A DNA stretch of 64,000 nucleotides from Mobula hypostoma (GCF_963921235.1 NC_086097.1:199270001-199334000); one strand, 5' to 3'; counted from the first letter of the stretch, positions 1 through 12,275 are shown. The notes: generated by a model not told the origin, from the sequence alone. Translations and numbers: made by a program.

Positions 1-1290
1 GTGGGGAACTTGCTGGGGGAGCAGGGTAACAACCCAAAGTCATTATCATCCACAAGCTGGCAGTTCTTGGGAATGCACTGAGCACAGGTCTAGTCACTTT
101 AGCGAGGACAAAGTCCCATGTTTATTGTCAGCAACTGAAGCAGAGCATCACACATCGTGACCTGTAAGTCTGGATCTGCTGCCATCGGTGGCCTCCAGCG
201 AGGTTTTGTCACTCTTTGCCTTCTCATCAATAGGCAATGGTGGCAGCACATTCACTTGAGCAACCGAGTCACACGTGAAGCATTGCCCTGAAAGGGTGTC
301 TGTAATAAACAGTAAACAAATCTGGCAGCAGGAACCCCTGGTGTTCACAGACCTCTGATGTCCTGGTGTGCAGGCACTGTCAAAGCTGCAAGGCAGTTGG
401 CACTTCCTACTGTTCGTATCAAAACGTGTGTGGTAAAAGCAGAGAGTCGGCTTTGTCTGTTTTGCAGCTGCGGCTTGTGTGTGTTGGTGGTGCTGCTAAG
501 CAGGCTTAGTGAGGTAGGGAAAAGGGAATGCATTATGCACCTGTGTCTGGCTGGGGTAGACAGTGGAGTGCGTGGACTCCGCAAATCAACCATTTTAGCA
601 AGATCCCCATAGTCCTTCACGTGTACATTAGCGAAGGCTATGCAAACTTGGTGAGGTCTTTGCTGTATGAAGAGTTCTTTAAAAATAAAAGAAGGATGTT
701 GATCTCCCAGGAGAGACAGCATGTGATTCATTAACTCCAAAAGCCTAGCATCCCCCAGGCCGGGCAAGGAGAGCAACTGTTTGGTGCACTCAGACTCTGA
801 CAGTCTAAAAGTCTGTAAAAGATGAGTTTTCAGCGATCGATATATATTGTGTTCAGGCAAGTTTGCAAGCAGACTCTCCACTCGCAACGCGGAACTACTG
901 AGCAACGGTACTATGTAGTAATATCTGGTGTTGTCTGCGAAAATTTCTCATAGCGCGAATTCGGCCTTGGCTTGTACAATCTAAGCGACGGCATTTTGCT
1001 CCCGAACCTCCAGCCGTTTCAAAGCAACTGTATTGGCTGACATGTTGAATAACTCTGGAATCATCCTTGAGCATTGGGGTCATCAATGTAGGTTTTCGTA
1101 AATAAAATGGCAGAGGCACTTTAAGTTTGAGGGAAGTCATAACGACTCCTTTATTGTCCTCTAAACACTGAAAATAAAGCACCGTAGAAAACTTCACATC
1201 TTTACATTATCACGTCAGACCAGCCTCTTAAAGTGAACCCTAACTCAATGTCAGTGGTTGTGAATTATGCATACATTTTCATCCATTACA
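1..1290 (-). mobile_element. Ty3/Gypsy LTR retrotransposon, 5' part (LTR, PBS, decayed gag and protease); runs off window start
   Basis: Minus-strand gag begins MSANTVALKRLEVREQNAVA at ~1043 and continues in ORF 345..905. ORF 148..348 (LLFITDTLSGQCFTCDSVAQVNVLP) is a decayed aspartic protease (DTGA changed to DSVA). PBS-like ttgatgacccc lies just inside the LTR. Confidence 0.8.
1087..1290 (-). repeat. 5' LTR of the Gypsy element (~204 bp)
   Basis: TGTA...TACA termini, minus-strand AATAAA, abuts the PBS at 1076-1086. Confidence 0.65.
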
Positions 1291-1299
1291 TTACCCTAG

Positions 1300-2210
1300 A
1301 TATATTTGTGTTTTCTCAACCTCCCCTACCAGAAGTCCACAATCAGTTATTTGATCTTACAGACATTGAGTGCAACATTGTTATTGCAGCACTACTGAAC
1401 CAGCTGCTCTGTCGCACTCCTGTACTCCTCCTTGTCACTATCTGTGATTCTGCCTACAACAGTTGTGTCATTGGCAAGTTTATAGATGGCCTTTGAGCTG
1501 TGCCTTGCCACACCATTGTAAATGTAGAGAGAGTAAAGCAGTGGGCTAAGCAGGTATCTTTGAGGTGTGCCAGTGTTGACTGTCAGCAAGGAGGAGCTAT
1601 TATGAGGGGTGATTGATAAGTTGGTGGCCTAAGGTAGAAGGAGTCAATTTTAGAAAACCTAGCACATTTATTTTTCAACATAGTCCCCTCCTACATGTAC
1701 ACACTTAGTCCAGCGGTCGTGGAGCATACGGATCCCTTCTTTATAGAAGTGATCCACAGCAGGAGTGATTGATAAGTTTGTGCACGAGAGTGTCTTGGAC
1801 CTCCAGGTGGCCCACAGCAGGGGTGATTGATAAGTTCTACCTTTTAAGGTAGAAGGAGATGAGTTATACAGCTCTCGTTACATGCACGTGCAGTTCAATT
1901 CTTTGAGTGAAAATGCAGAAAGTTTGAAGTTTCTTCTCATCTGCTTCTACTTTAGGCCATGAACTTATCAATCACTCCTGCTGTGGACCACTTCTGGAGG
2001 TCCAAGACGCCGACTTCTGCAAAGAAGGGATGCGTATGCTCCATGACAGCTGGACTAAGAGTGTAAATGTAGGAAAAATAAATGTGTTAGGTTTTCTAAA
2101 ATTGACTCCTTCTACCTTAGGTCATGAACTTATCAATCACCCTTCATATTTCTGACTGTAGTCTCTTGATGCAGAAGTCAATGATCCAGTTGCAGAGGGA
2201 GATAGAGAGT
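1300..2210 (-). mobile_element. Rex1/Babar-type LINE RT fragment, interrupted by a MITE
   Basis: ORF 1392..1589 (TGTPQ..LSPLLYSLY..LANDTTVVGRI) matches RT motifs. The SLCNWIIDF-type sequence resumes after 2148. Confidence 0.8.
1603..2146. mobile_element. Tc1/mariner-type MITE with long TIRs and TA TSD
   Basis: Ends tgaggggtgattgataagtt...aacttatcaatcacccttca; TA at 1601-1602 and 2147-2148; inverted similarity extends >100 bp; no ORF. Confidence 0.85.
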
Positions 2211-3193
2211 CTTTTGAGCTGTGATGCAGCAGCATTAACTACTCTGCTGCTCTGCTTTCAGTGAAGAAATATACTAAAAGCACAGGGGAGGTATCCATTA
2301 TCAGTTTCCATTTCATGTTTATTGCTTATATGCATGATCATCTTGAAATAAAGTAAACCGTCATCATATTTGCCACTAAATAGTAAAAATATTTTACTTC
2401 ATATGTTGGAAAATCAGTTAGTGACTTTAATTAATTCTGATCGATATTTCCACCAAGTGCTCATTTGCATTTTCAAGATTAATTAAAAATGTACAAACGT
2501 TAGTAAGCCACACAGAGGGTGAACCCTTACCTTCTACTGAGAATTTGACTTCAGTAATGTTTTTATTCATCTCAAAGTCCTGATTTTCTAAATTTAGCCA
2601 TGGCTCAGTTGATACAAATTAATTGCCAAAGTGTAGATAAAAAATGTTCACGTTCATATTATGATTATTAGACTTCTGTATAATGTTTTGAAACATTTTT
2701 TAAGCAAGAACTTATTAACTGAAGTTGAAGTGGACCACTAAATTATATAAGAGATTAACAATAAAATCTATTGAGACAAATGATTCCTAGGAACAAGAAT
2801 GTGGGAAGATTATAATATGTGGGCACAAATCCTATTTCAAAGAGAACTTAACCAACATGATTATTACTTAGAAAGTGTATGTCTAGATGGCAGAGAGGAT
2901 CAGAGGGAAACTGGAGTATAAATACTCCAATCAATAAAAGATCATTTAGCAAGACCATAGAAGACGAGATAGAATTGAAAGGTAGGAAAGTAATGCCAAA
3001 CTTGTATTGCATTTCTAGTCACTGTGTTATTAAATGGACATGGAGGCAAAATAAAGGTTTGGAGAAGTTTACAAAGATGGTAAGAGAAATGTTACAGCAT
3101 ATATAATTCACTTGGGAAAGGATGCTGAGGGACGACCAAATCATGTTTTCTAAAATGATGAGAGATTTTGACAAAGTGTATTTGGAGAGAATA

Positions 3194-3328
3194 TCCTGCC
3201 AAAGGGTCTCGGCTTGAAACATTGACTGTATTTTTTGCCATAGATGCTGCCCGGCCTGCTGAGTTCCTCCAGCATTTTGTGTGTGTTGCTTGGATGGCCA
3301 GCATTTGCAGATTTCCTCTTGTTTGTGA
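3194..3328 (+). mobile_element. Penelope-like solo terminal unit (decayed hammerhead + tail)
   Basis: tcctgccaaagggtctcggcttgaaacattgactg...atagatgctgcccggcctgctgagttcctccagc...gtttgtga; gagaat-containing flanks are duplicated. Confidence 0.8.
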
Positions 3329-3398
3329 CTAGGGAGAATGTTCCAACTTTTGGAGAACATAACTAGAGGCTACTGAGATAAGATGGTTCACACAAAAA

Positions 3399-4062
3399 TG
3401 GAGAAGATGGTGACGCAACGCAGCTCACAGTGGCCACTCCAGTGGTGATGTCTGTTATTTGTCAAGTAGGGTGCCGTGCACAATCCTGATTTGATGGAGA
3501 TGGATGTGAAAGCATCTGGTGAAACTTCAGAAATGCCTGCTACGCTGCTGCTGCTACTGTGTGATCCAGAATCTCTGGAGGGGAAGGCCCCGAGTCCTTG
3601 GCTTTGCTTGTTGCTCGGCGGCCGGGACGGAGTCGAAGCGCTCAGCAGAGGATGGTGCTCAGAGAGGCTGCGTTGGAGGGGCTGGTCAGAGGCTCGAAGT
3701 TTTCGGACGGTCTCAGAGTCCGCTGCAGTCGGGTGCTTCCAATGGTGCTGCATCAGCAAGTTTGCAGAGCTTGGAGGTTCATGGCAGGGAGAGTTTCTCC
3801 CTTCTACCGCCTGTGTGAGATGATGAGGCTATCGGGACTTTGAGACTTTTTTTTTTACCATGCCCATGGTCTGCTCTTTATCAAATTATGGTATTGCTTT
3901 GCACTGTTGTAACTATATGTTATAATTATGTGGTTTTGTAAGTTTTAGTCTTGGTTTGTCCTGTGTTTTCTTGTGATATCATTCTGGAGGAATGTTGTAT
4001 CATTTTTTAATTCATGCATTTCTAAATGACAATGAACGAGGACTGAGTGTCCTCATAATCTA
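3399..4062 (+). mobile_element. Unclassified non-coding retroposon (GC-rich 5' end, aatct-type tail)
   Basis: Starts ggagaagatggtgacgc, CpG-rich 5' half, T-rich 3' half ending cataatctaa; interrupts a CR1. Confidence 0.5.
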
Positions 4063-4309
4063 AATATCCAATTCAGAAGAAACTTCTTTATCCAAAACAC
4101 AATGAGGGTGTGGAACTTGCTACTACAGGGAATGGTAGCGATACCATTATGGAAGTTTGAACAAGCAGGAGGGAGGTGAAATGATGGGAGCTGGGAACAA
4201 GAGGGTACGTTGAGAGATGACACAAACCAGAATGTAGTTCGATCTTAGCATGAATGTTGGGTCTGCTGTCTGGGTTGAATACCCTGTTTCTAGGCTGTAT
4301 ATTCTATAC

Positions 4310-5169
4310 TGTTACGTACCCCGTAACTGGGTTGCCAAACCAGCAGAAATGGATCACTCAGTTGGAGTCTGGAGTACTAGAACTAAGAAAGTTTTATTAA
4401 AGAAACAAGCAACACAGTAATCGAAAGGATAATAAATGCAACAGTTCAGTGATGATAAACACACATGTGCACAGAATTAAGATAACAGCATCAATCAAGC
4501 TCTATCGTTGTCTAGGGGTAAATGACCAAATTTCAAAGTGACTCAAAGTTCAGTCCAGTTTAGTAGTTCAGTTCGCAGTAATCGTTGCCATGGCGATGGA
4601 CAACGTGGGGGAAGAGAGAGATAGAACAGGAACAACTGATCATTCAGACACTGCTTCACTCACAGACCAGCGAGATGGCTTACAAGCAGCTTTTGGGCGG
4701 GTCCTTGGTGATCTCACCTGAGGTCACCGACTGTGACCCCTCCTCCAGATGCGGTCGATCCTCTGCAGTGAACCCGGCACCCAGGCAAGGGCGGACACAC
4801 ACCGGGTTCCCGCTGATCGTACCTTGCCACCCTGGTCGTTGTCTGATACTTCTCACCCACTCGTGAGAGGCGCACCACTTCCAGGGTCTCGTTACCTCGG
4901 GTGGTGTGTCCTGCCTTAGCGAACCTGTCCCTTTTTATCCCCCTGCTGGGGTATCGCCTGTCCATCACTTCAAACAGTTCAGGGTTCAAAGGGGGAGCCG
5001 CTCCAGACAGCTCTCTTTCTCCCACGTCCCTTCATTACACATCTCCAGACGCTGCTCCATTGTTCCTTATCTCTCCTTCCCCTGAGGGCAGGTGGCCGAC
5101 CACTTGCTGATGTCACTGATGCTAACCCAGGCCAGCAAACATCTTAATTTTATGTGTATTCTCGTCACA
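4310..5169 (-). mobile_element. Solo LTR (Gypsy), related to the LTR at 61535-62363
   Basis: TGTTAC...GTCACA termini; 4-bp TSD atac at 4306-4309 and 5170-5173; its start nearly matches 61535 onward. Confidence 0.9.
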
Positions 5170-5172
5170 ATA

Positions 5173-5722
5173 CCCAATGGCCATTTTATTAGGTACAACC
5201 TTACACCTGCTCGTTAATGCAAGCATCTAATCAGCCAATCATTTGGCAGCAACTCAATGCATAAAAGCATGTGGACATGGTTTAGAGGTTCAGTTGTAGT
5301 TCAGACGAAACAACAGAATGGGGAAGAAATGTGATTGAAATTACTTTGACCATGGAATGATTGTAGGTGCCAGATGGGGTGGTCTGAATATCTCAGAAAG
5401 TGCTGATCTTCTGGGACCTTCACATACAACAGTCTCTAGAGTTTACAGAGAAAGGTGCGAGAAATGACAAAATATCTAGTGAGCAGCAGTTCTGTGACAA
5501 AAACTCCTTGATAATGGGAGAGGTCAGACGAGAATGACCAGACTGGTTCAAGCTGACAGGAAGTCAACAGTAACTCATGTGTTCCAATGATGGTGTGCCA
5601 AAGAGCATATCTGAATGCATAACACGTCAGACCAGGAAGTGGATGGGTTACAGCAGCAGAAGACCATGAACATACACACAGTGGCCACTTTATTAAGTAC
5701 CTAATAAATTAGCCACTAAGTG
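5173..5722 (+). mobile_element. Non-autonomous Tc1-derived element
   Basis: TIR-like (c)cagtggccactttattaggtac at both ends; decayed Tc1 N-terminal sequence (atggggaagaaatgtgat...); second copy at 13453-14820. Confidence 0.75.
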
Positions 5723-6070
5723 CATATGACCCTATATAGTATGTAAACTAAATATACACTGCTAAGTAAATAGAAAAGAGGCAAATAACTGTCATTTTTT
5801 CGTGTTTTCAACACTTTAAACTAGCAATGATTTTGTCATGTAATTCACTACAGTTGGAACGCTAATATTTAATAGTCTGTAAACATTACCCCAGTTAAAA
5901 TATTCCAGCTGGCAGTTCATCTGAGGAAACAAAAGGTTGTTGTGACTGATGTTGATGATGAATACAGCAAGCTAAACATTTTGGTTCATATTCATTTTTA
6001 GAATCATTGTCAATTTAAATGTCAAATATAGTACTTATTATTTGCTTTTACAACATGCTTAAGCTAAATG

Positions 6071-6373
6071 GCGCGTGGCCAAGTAGTTAAGGCATAGGTC
6101 TAGTGATCTGAAGGTCGCTAGTTCAAGCCTCAGCTGAGTCAATGTGTTGTGTCCTTGAGCAAGGCACTTAACCACACATTGCTCTGCGAAAACACCAGTG
6201 CCAAACTGTATCAGCCCTAGTGCCCTTCCCTTGGACAACATCGGTGACGTGGAGAGGGGAGACTTTCAGCATGGGCAACTGCCGGTCTTCCATACAACCT
6301 TGCCCAGGCCTACTCCTTGGAAACCTTCCAAGGCACAAATCCATGGTCTCACGAGACTAACGGATACCTATAA
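6071..6373 (+). mobile_element. tRNA-derived SINE
   Basis: A-box tggccaagtagttaa, B-box-like gttcaagcc, body motif gtgtccttgagcaaggcacttaac; 10-bp TSD aagctaaatg at 6061-6070 and 6374-6383. Confidence 0.85.
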
Positions 6374-6659
6374 AAGCTAAATGCAAATTGTATCTTTCTA
6401 GATTTGGCACAGTTTCAATTCACTTGAATTATGACACACTCACAGTTCGCTCTGAATTGTAAAGACTTTGCCAGTTCAGATATTGCAGCAAAACCAACCT
6501 TGCTTTCCTACAAGAAATTATCCTATTCTGTTCACTAGAATTATCCCAATTTCACCAGATGTAATATGCATTTCAAGTGTGTTTCATAATCCTAGATGCC
6601 AAAGCTTCACTGCTTGATTCCATTGTTGAGTGTGATTGGTTCAGTCTTCTTATGTATTA

Positions 6660-7413
6660 TAGTCAAACAGTCATAGAAGAATACAACATAGAAACAGGCC
6701 CTTCAGCTCATCTAGTCCAGGTTGAAACATTTAAACCGACAACTCCCATCGACCTGCACTTGGACCATGGCTCTCTATACCCTTACCATCCATGAACCTA
6801 TCTAAACTTCTCTAAACGTAGAAGTTGATCTCCCATGCACCACTTGCCCTGGCAGCTTATTCTACATTCTCATGACCCTCTGGTAAAGAAGTTTTCCTCA
6901 TGTTTCCCTTAAACTTTTCACCTTTCACCTCTGGTTGTAGGCCCACCCACCTCAATGGAAAAGGCCTGCTTGCATTTACCCTACCTATAGCTCTCATAAC
7001 TTTGTATACCGCTATCAATCTCCCCTGAATCTTCTATATTCCAAGGAATAGATTCCCACCCTGTTCAATCTTTCCTCATAACTCAGGACCTCCACTCCAG
7101 GCAACATCTTTATACATTTTCTCTGTATTCTTTCAACCTTATTTACATACATCTTTCCTGTAGGTAGGTGACCAAATCTGCATACAATACTCCAAATCAG
7201 GCCTCACCAATGTCTTATTCAACTTCAACATAACATCCCATCTCCTATACTTAATACTTTGGTTTATGAAGGCTAATGTACCAAAAGCTTTCTTTATGAC
7301 CCTATCTACCTGTGACACCATTTTCTATGAATTATGGACCTGTATTCCCAGATCCCTTTGTTCTACTGCACTCCTCCCCTACCATTCACTGTGTAATACC
7401 TGTCCTGGTTGGT
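6660..7413 (-). mobile_element. CR1 LINE 3' end
   Basis: ORF 7139..7321 (KKAFGTLAFI..LVRPDLEYCMQIWSP) is the CR1 ORF2 C-terminus; CR1 3'UTR follows. Confidence 0.9.
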
Positions 7414-7500
7414 CATTCAAGCACAGTGATTGTGGTAAATGGATCAGTTGAATTATTTACCACAAGCACCGTGGACTTTTGCAGAATAAGACAGATCATA

Positions 7501-7637
7501 ACTCCTGATGAAAGGTCTCGGCCTGAAACAACGACTGTTTATTCCTTTCCACAGATGCTGCCTGACTTATTGAGTTTCTCCAGCACTTTGTACACATTAC
7601 TCTCGATTTCCAAGATCTGCAGAATCTCTTATGTTTA
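7501..7637 (+). mobile_element. Penelope-like solo terminal unit with decayed hammerhead
   Basis: ctgatga-aaggtctcggcct-gaaa-caac-gact, followed by the family's agatgctgcctgac...ctccagc...atctgcagaatctc tail. Confidence 0.8.
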
Positions 7638-7869
7638 GTTTCACTCTGTGCTTATTATCTCCTCACACTACAATCTCCCTATCCCAGAAATCAAACTCTG
7701 TGTGTTCATTTCATTCTTTCTGTTTCAAATAAGTCATTCCTAATAACTTGTTTTCCCAATCAGGTTCCTGTACCTCCTCCTATATGGTAGCAACGAGAAG
7801 AGGGCATGTTTTGGGTGACTGGGGGGGGGGGGACGGTTAACGATGGATACTATCTTTTCCAGTTTACCA

Positions 7870-9500
7870 GTTTTCATTGCCGACTTTTCCAGTTGATCTA
7901 GATTCTATTGTAACCTTAGACAACCTTCTTCACTGCACACTACGCCACCAATTTTGGTGTCATGACACCCATATTCTCATCTAAATCTTTAATATATCTA
8001 AGAACAACAGCACCAATCCCTGTGGCATTCCACTGGTCACAGGCCCCCAATATGAAAAACAGTCTTTCACTCTGAACTTTTGATCTCTATGACTAAGTCA
8101 ATCTTACAAACTAATTTGCTTGGATCCCATGTGGTTTAACAGCCCAGACCACCTTATCAGGCAGAACTTTGCAAAAGCCCCACTGAAGTCTGTGCAGAGA
8201 ATGTAGACCCCATATCAAGGGACAATGACAAGGATTGTCCCTTACCAATCAGGGTTCTCTAAACCTAAGCTTTGGTTTTCACCCTAACAAGAACACACTG
8301 GGTCTGGATTCTCCCCACCACATTTATAAAAGCATCCCCCTTTACCTGAAAACAGCTTCTCCCAATCAACGTTTGTAAGATCTTGCATAACACTAGAAAA
8401 ATTAATCAATTTAAGACTTTAACTTGTGGATCTACATTTTTCAAAAGCTATTTTCAAACTACTAGATCTATAGTCACTGGTACACATTGCTTCCTCACTG
8501 ATACATCAGCCATTTGCCCTGCCTTGTTTCCCAATAAGAGGTTGGGTGTTTCTCCCCCTCTAGTAGGGCCATCTACATATTGCTTGAGAAACCCATCTTG
8601 GACCCACTTAACATATTCTTCTTTTCTAATCCCTTAGCACTGAGGCAGTCCCAATCAATGTTTGGGAAGTTAAAGTCACCTGCTATTACAATCATATAAT
8701 TCCCACACCCACAGTATCTGTGATCTCCCGACATATTTGCTCCTCCAATTCCAGTTGGCTGTTAAGGAGCCAATAGTACAATCCCATCAATTTGATCACT
8801 CCTTTCTTATTTCAAAATACTACCTATATACACTCACAAGACAATCTTCTCAGAATATCCAATCCAAGTACTGTTTTGATATTTTCTCTAATTAATCTAA
8901 TTTCCTGCCTTCTCTTAGCATCACCACAACCATGCCTGTAGCACCAGTACCCCAGAGCAGAGAGTTGACAGTCCTGCTCTTCCCTAAGTCACGTTTCTGC
9001 AATAGTCATAATACTGTATTCCACATCCATGTCCTAAACTGATCAAGTCTCTTACATTAAAATAAATGCAGTTCAGTACAACAGACCTTCCTCATTCCCT
9101 GTCAGTCCTGACTATTGAAGTTGCTCACTTTGACTTCAGTATTTGCCTCAACATCCACATCAGCTACACTACACTCCCACCAAATCCACTCCCTACCAGA
9201 ATAGTTTATATCTTCTTGAATATCTCCAGCAAATCTCATCACTCTCCTTTAATTCATGTTCCTCTTGTACAGATAACCTCTGACCCAGAAAAGATACTCG
9301 ATGATCCCAGAGCCTAAATCCCTCGTCCTGCACAAACTCTGCAGCCATTCATTCATGTGCTCTATTCTCCTACTCCTGCTGTCACTAGTATGTGGCACCA
9401 GGAATAATCCAGGGATTATGATCTCTCAGGTCATGCTTTTTAATTTTTCTTCCTAACATTTGATACTCACTTTGCAGGACTTTATCCTTTTCAGACATTT
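7870..9500 (-). mobile_element. Highly decayed CR1 fragments (RT, endonuclease, ORF1 parts)
   Basis: Minus-strand traces of SGMPQG, GDFNFP (gggaagttaaagtcacc) and ORF1 esterase-end motifs. Confidence 0.55.
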
Positions 9501-9809
9501 ATCATTGGTATAAATCAACTTCTTGCTTCCTATCTTCCACCTTGTGACTGTTTTGCAAATGCTTGTTGACATCCTGAGAGGCAATGTATCTACCTTCCAT
9601 CTGTCCCCCTAACTACTGAGTCTCCTATCATTCAGCTATCCTCAACTCTACCTTCTCCTGCTTTGCATCAACTCATGTATCTGCCCCTATTGCTCATAGG
9701 TTCATGCACAAGGATACCCAAATCCATCTAAATACCAACACCTTCCAATCCCTCAACATTTGAAGATACTCTGACATTCAGAGTCAGAGCAATAGAGTTT
9801 TAAAACAGA

Positions 9810-11160
9810 ACAGCACAGCACAGGAACAGGCTATTTGGTCCATCCAGACAATGCCAAAATAATAATCTGCCCAGTCCCATTGACCCGCACCTGGACCATT
9901 TCACACTCTCACAACCCTCTGAATTAAGACATTTTCCTTCAAGTTTCCCGTAAACGTTTCACTTTTCATCCATAACCATGACCTCTATTTTCAGTTTCAC
10001 CCAGTCTCAGTGGAAAAGCCTGCAAGCATTTACCCTATCTTTTCCACTCATAATCTAATCATAATATCTCTGTCTAATCTTCCTCTATTCTTTTATGTTC
10101 TAAGGTATAAAGTCCTAACCTATTCAACCTTTTCCTATAACTCAGGTCCTCAAGTACTGGCAATGTCCTTGTAAATTTTTTCTGCACTCTTTCAATCTTA
10201 TTAATCTTATTATGTAGGTAGATGACAAAAACTGCACTCAATACTCCAATTTAGGCCTTACCAATGTCTTATACAACTTCAACATTACATCCCAACTCCT
10301 GTACTTGATACTTTGATTTATGAAGGCCAATATGCCAAATGTTTTCTTTAAGACTGTACCCACCTCTGACACCACTTTCAAGGAATTATAGATATGTGTT
10401 CCCAGATCCCTCTGTTCTACTGCACTCCTCAGTGCCCCACCCTGGTTTGTCCTTCCAAAGTGCAACACCTCTCACTTGTCTGCATTAAATTCTATCTACC
10501 ATTTTCCAGCAGGTCCAGATCCTGCTGCAAGCTTTCATAGTCTTTCTTGTTGTTCACTACACCCCCGCTTGGTATAATCTACAAATTTGCTAATCCAGTT
10601 TACCACATTGATATAGATGACAAACAACAATGGACCCAGCTTTAATCTCTGAAGCACACCATTAGTCACAGGCCTTCAGTCAGAGAGGCAACCATCTACA
10701 ACCACTTTCTGGCTTTTCCTGTGAAACCAATGTCTGATCTAACTTATTACCTCATCTTGAATGCCAAGCGACTGAACCTTCTTGACCAACCTCCCATGTG
10801 GAACTTTGTCAAATGCTTCACTAAAGTCCTTGTGGACAGCATCCACTACCTTGTGTTTAGCATCCACTACCTTGCATTCATCAACTTTCCTAGTAACTTC
10901 CTTGCAAACTATAAGATTGGTTAAACAACCTACTATACACAAAACCATGTTGACTATCTCTAATGAGTCCCTGTCTATCCAAATACTTACGGTATATATC
11001 CCGTTCCTTAGAATATCTTCCAATAACTTGCCCACTTCTGATGACCAACTCACTGGCCTATAATTTCCCGGCTTATTCTTAGAGCCCTTCTTAAACAATG
11101 GAATAACATCAGCATTCCTTCAATCTTCTGGCAGCTCACCCATGGCTAAGGATATTTAAA
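9810..11160 (-). mobile_element. CR1 LINE ORF2 RT and 3' end
   Basis: ORFs 10739..11098 (FKKGSKNKPGNYRPVS..DFSEAFDKVPH) and 10238..10468. Confidence 0.9.
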
Positions 11161-11169
11161 AAATTTTCC

Positions 11170-11563
11170 TGATGTACCAAAGTGAATGACCTCCTATTTT
11201 TTCCCAGTTATATTCCTCCTACCAGTTTCTTGACTATATTCCTTCAGAGTCTTTCTGTGTCCACCTCATAACCCATGCTGACACGCAGCTTCATACATTG
11301 GCAAACTTGAATATGTTGCACTAGATCTCCTCGTACAAATCAATAGTATAAATTGGGAACAGCGTATGTCCCAACACTGATCCCTGGTATATTCCATTAC
11401 TAATGATCTCAAAACACAAAAACATTCATTTACTCCCATGCTTTCTTTCTTGGCCATTAACCAGTCCTCTATTGATGCCTATATATTATGCCCAATCCCA
11501 TGTGCTGCCACCATGTGTAGTACTTCATCAAAGACCTTCAGAAAGTCCAAGTACTCTATACCA
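11170..11563 (-). mobile_element. Decayed CR1 RT fragment (host of the Penelope insertion)
   Basis: Minus-strand GIYQGSVLG and DFLKVFDEVLH-like motifs; sequence resumes after 12512. Confidence 0.6.
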
Positions 11564-11620
11564 TACATCAAAGTTGCTGGTGAACGCAGCAGGCCAGGCA
11601 GCATCTATAGGAAGAGGCGC

Positions 11621-11656
11621 AGTCGACGTTTCAGGCCGAGACCCTTCGTCAGGATT
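11621..11656 (-). ncRNA. Minimal hammerhead ribozyme motif
   Basis: Reverse complement reads aatc-CTGACGA-agggtctcggcct-GAAA-C-GTC-gact. Confidence 0.7.
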
Positions 11657-11948
11657 AACTGAAGGAAGAGTGAGTAAGGGATTTGAAAGCTGGAGGGGGA
11701 GGGGGAGATGCAAAATGATAGGAGAAGACAGGAGGGGGAGGGATGGAGCCGAGAGCTGGACAGGTGATAGGCAGAAGGGGATACGAGAGGATCATGGGAC
11801 AGGAGGTCCGGGAAGAAAGACGGGGGGGGGTGACCCAGAGGATGGGCAAGAGGTATATTCAGAGGGACAGAGGGAGAAAAAGGAGAGTGAGAGAAAGAAT
11901 GTGTGCATAAAAAAGAGTAACAGATGGGGTACGAGGGGGAGGTGGGGC

Positions 11949-12275
11949 CTAGCGGAAGTTAGAGAAGTCAATGTTCATGCCATCAGGTTGGAGGCTACCC
12001 ATACGGAATATAAGGTGTTGTTCCTCCAACCTGAGTGTGGCTTCATCTTTACAGTAGAGGAGGCCGTGGATAGACATGTCAGAATGGGAATGGGATGTGG
12101 AATTAAAATGTGTGGCCACTGGGAGATCCTGCTTTCTCTGGCCGACAGAGCGTAGATGTTCAGCAAAGCGGTCTCCCAGTCTGCGTCGGGTCTCACCAAT
12201 ATATAAAAGGCCACATCGGGAGCACCGGACGCAGTATATCACCCCAGTCGACTCACAGGTGAAGTGATGCCTCAC
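11949..12275 (-). pseudogene. Penelope GIY-YIG endonuclease domain (C-terminal fragment of RT-EN polyprotein)
   Basis: FTCESTGVIYCVRCSRCGLLYIGETRRRLGDRFAEH...VATHFN...EEQHLIFRMGSLQPDGMN. Confidence 0.9.

Larger units (their letters stand above)
2870..4305 (+). mobile_element. Old CR1 LINE 3' fragment carrying two younger insertions
   Basis: Decayed LEKFTKMV../actagagg../agaaacttcttt..gagggtgtggaac CR1 3' motifs flank the inserts at 3194-3328 and 3399-4062. Confidence 0.55.

Noticed and set aside
3388..3843. Cluster of overlapping ORFs on both strands
   Set aside because: Explained by high GC content within an interspersed repeat; no recognisable domain.
6071..6145. tRNA gene
   Set aside because: The tRNA-like head continues into a SINE body bounded by a TSD; no convincing cloverleaf.
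11403..12155. 250-aa plus-strand ORF as a host gene
   Set aside because: It is the antisense reading of a Penelope terminal repeat and purine-rich UTR; the same peptide recurs at 19449, 40367 and 45759.
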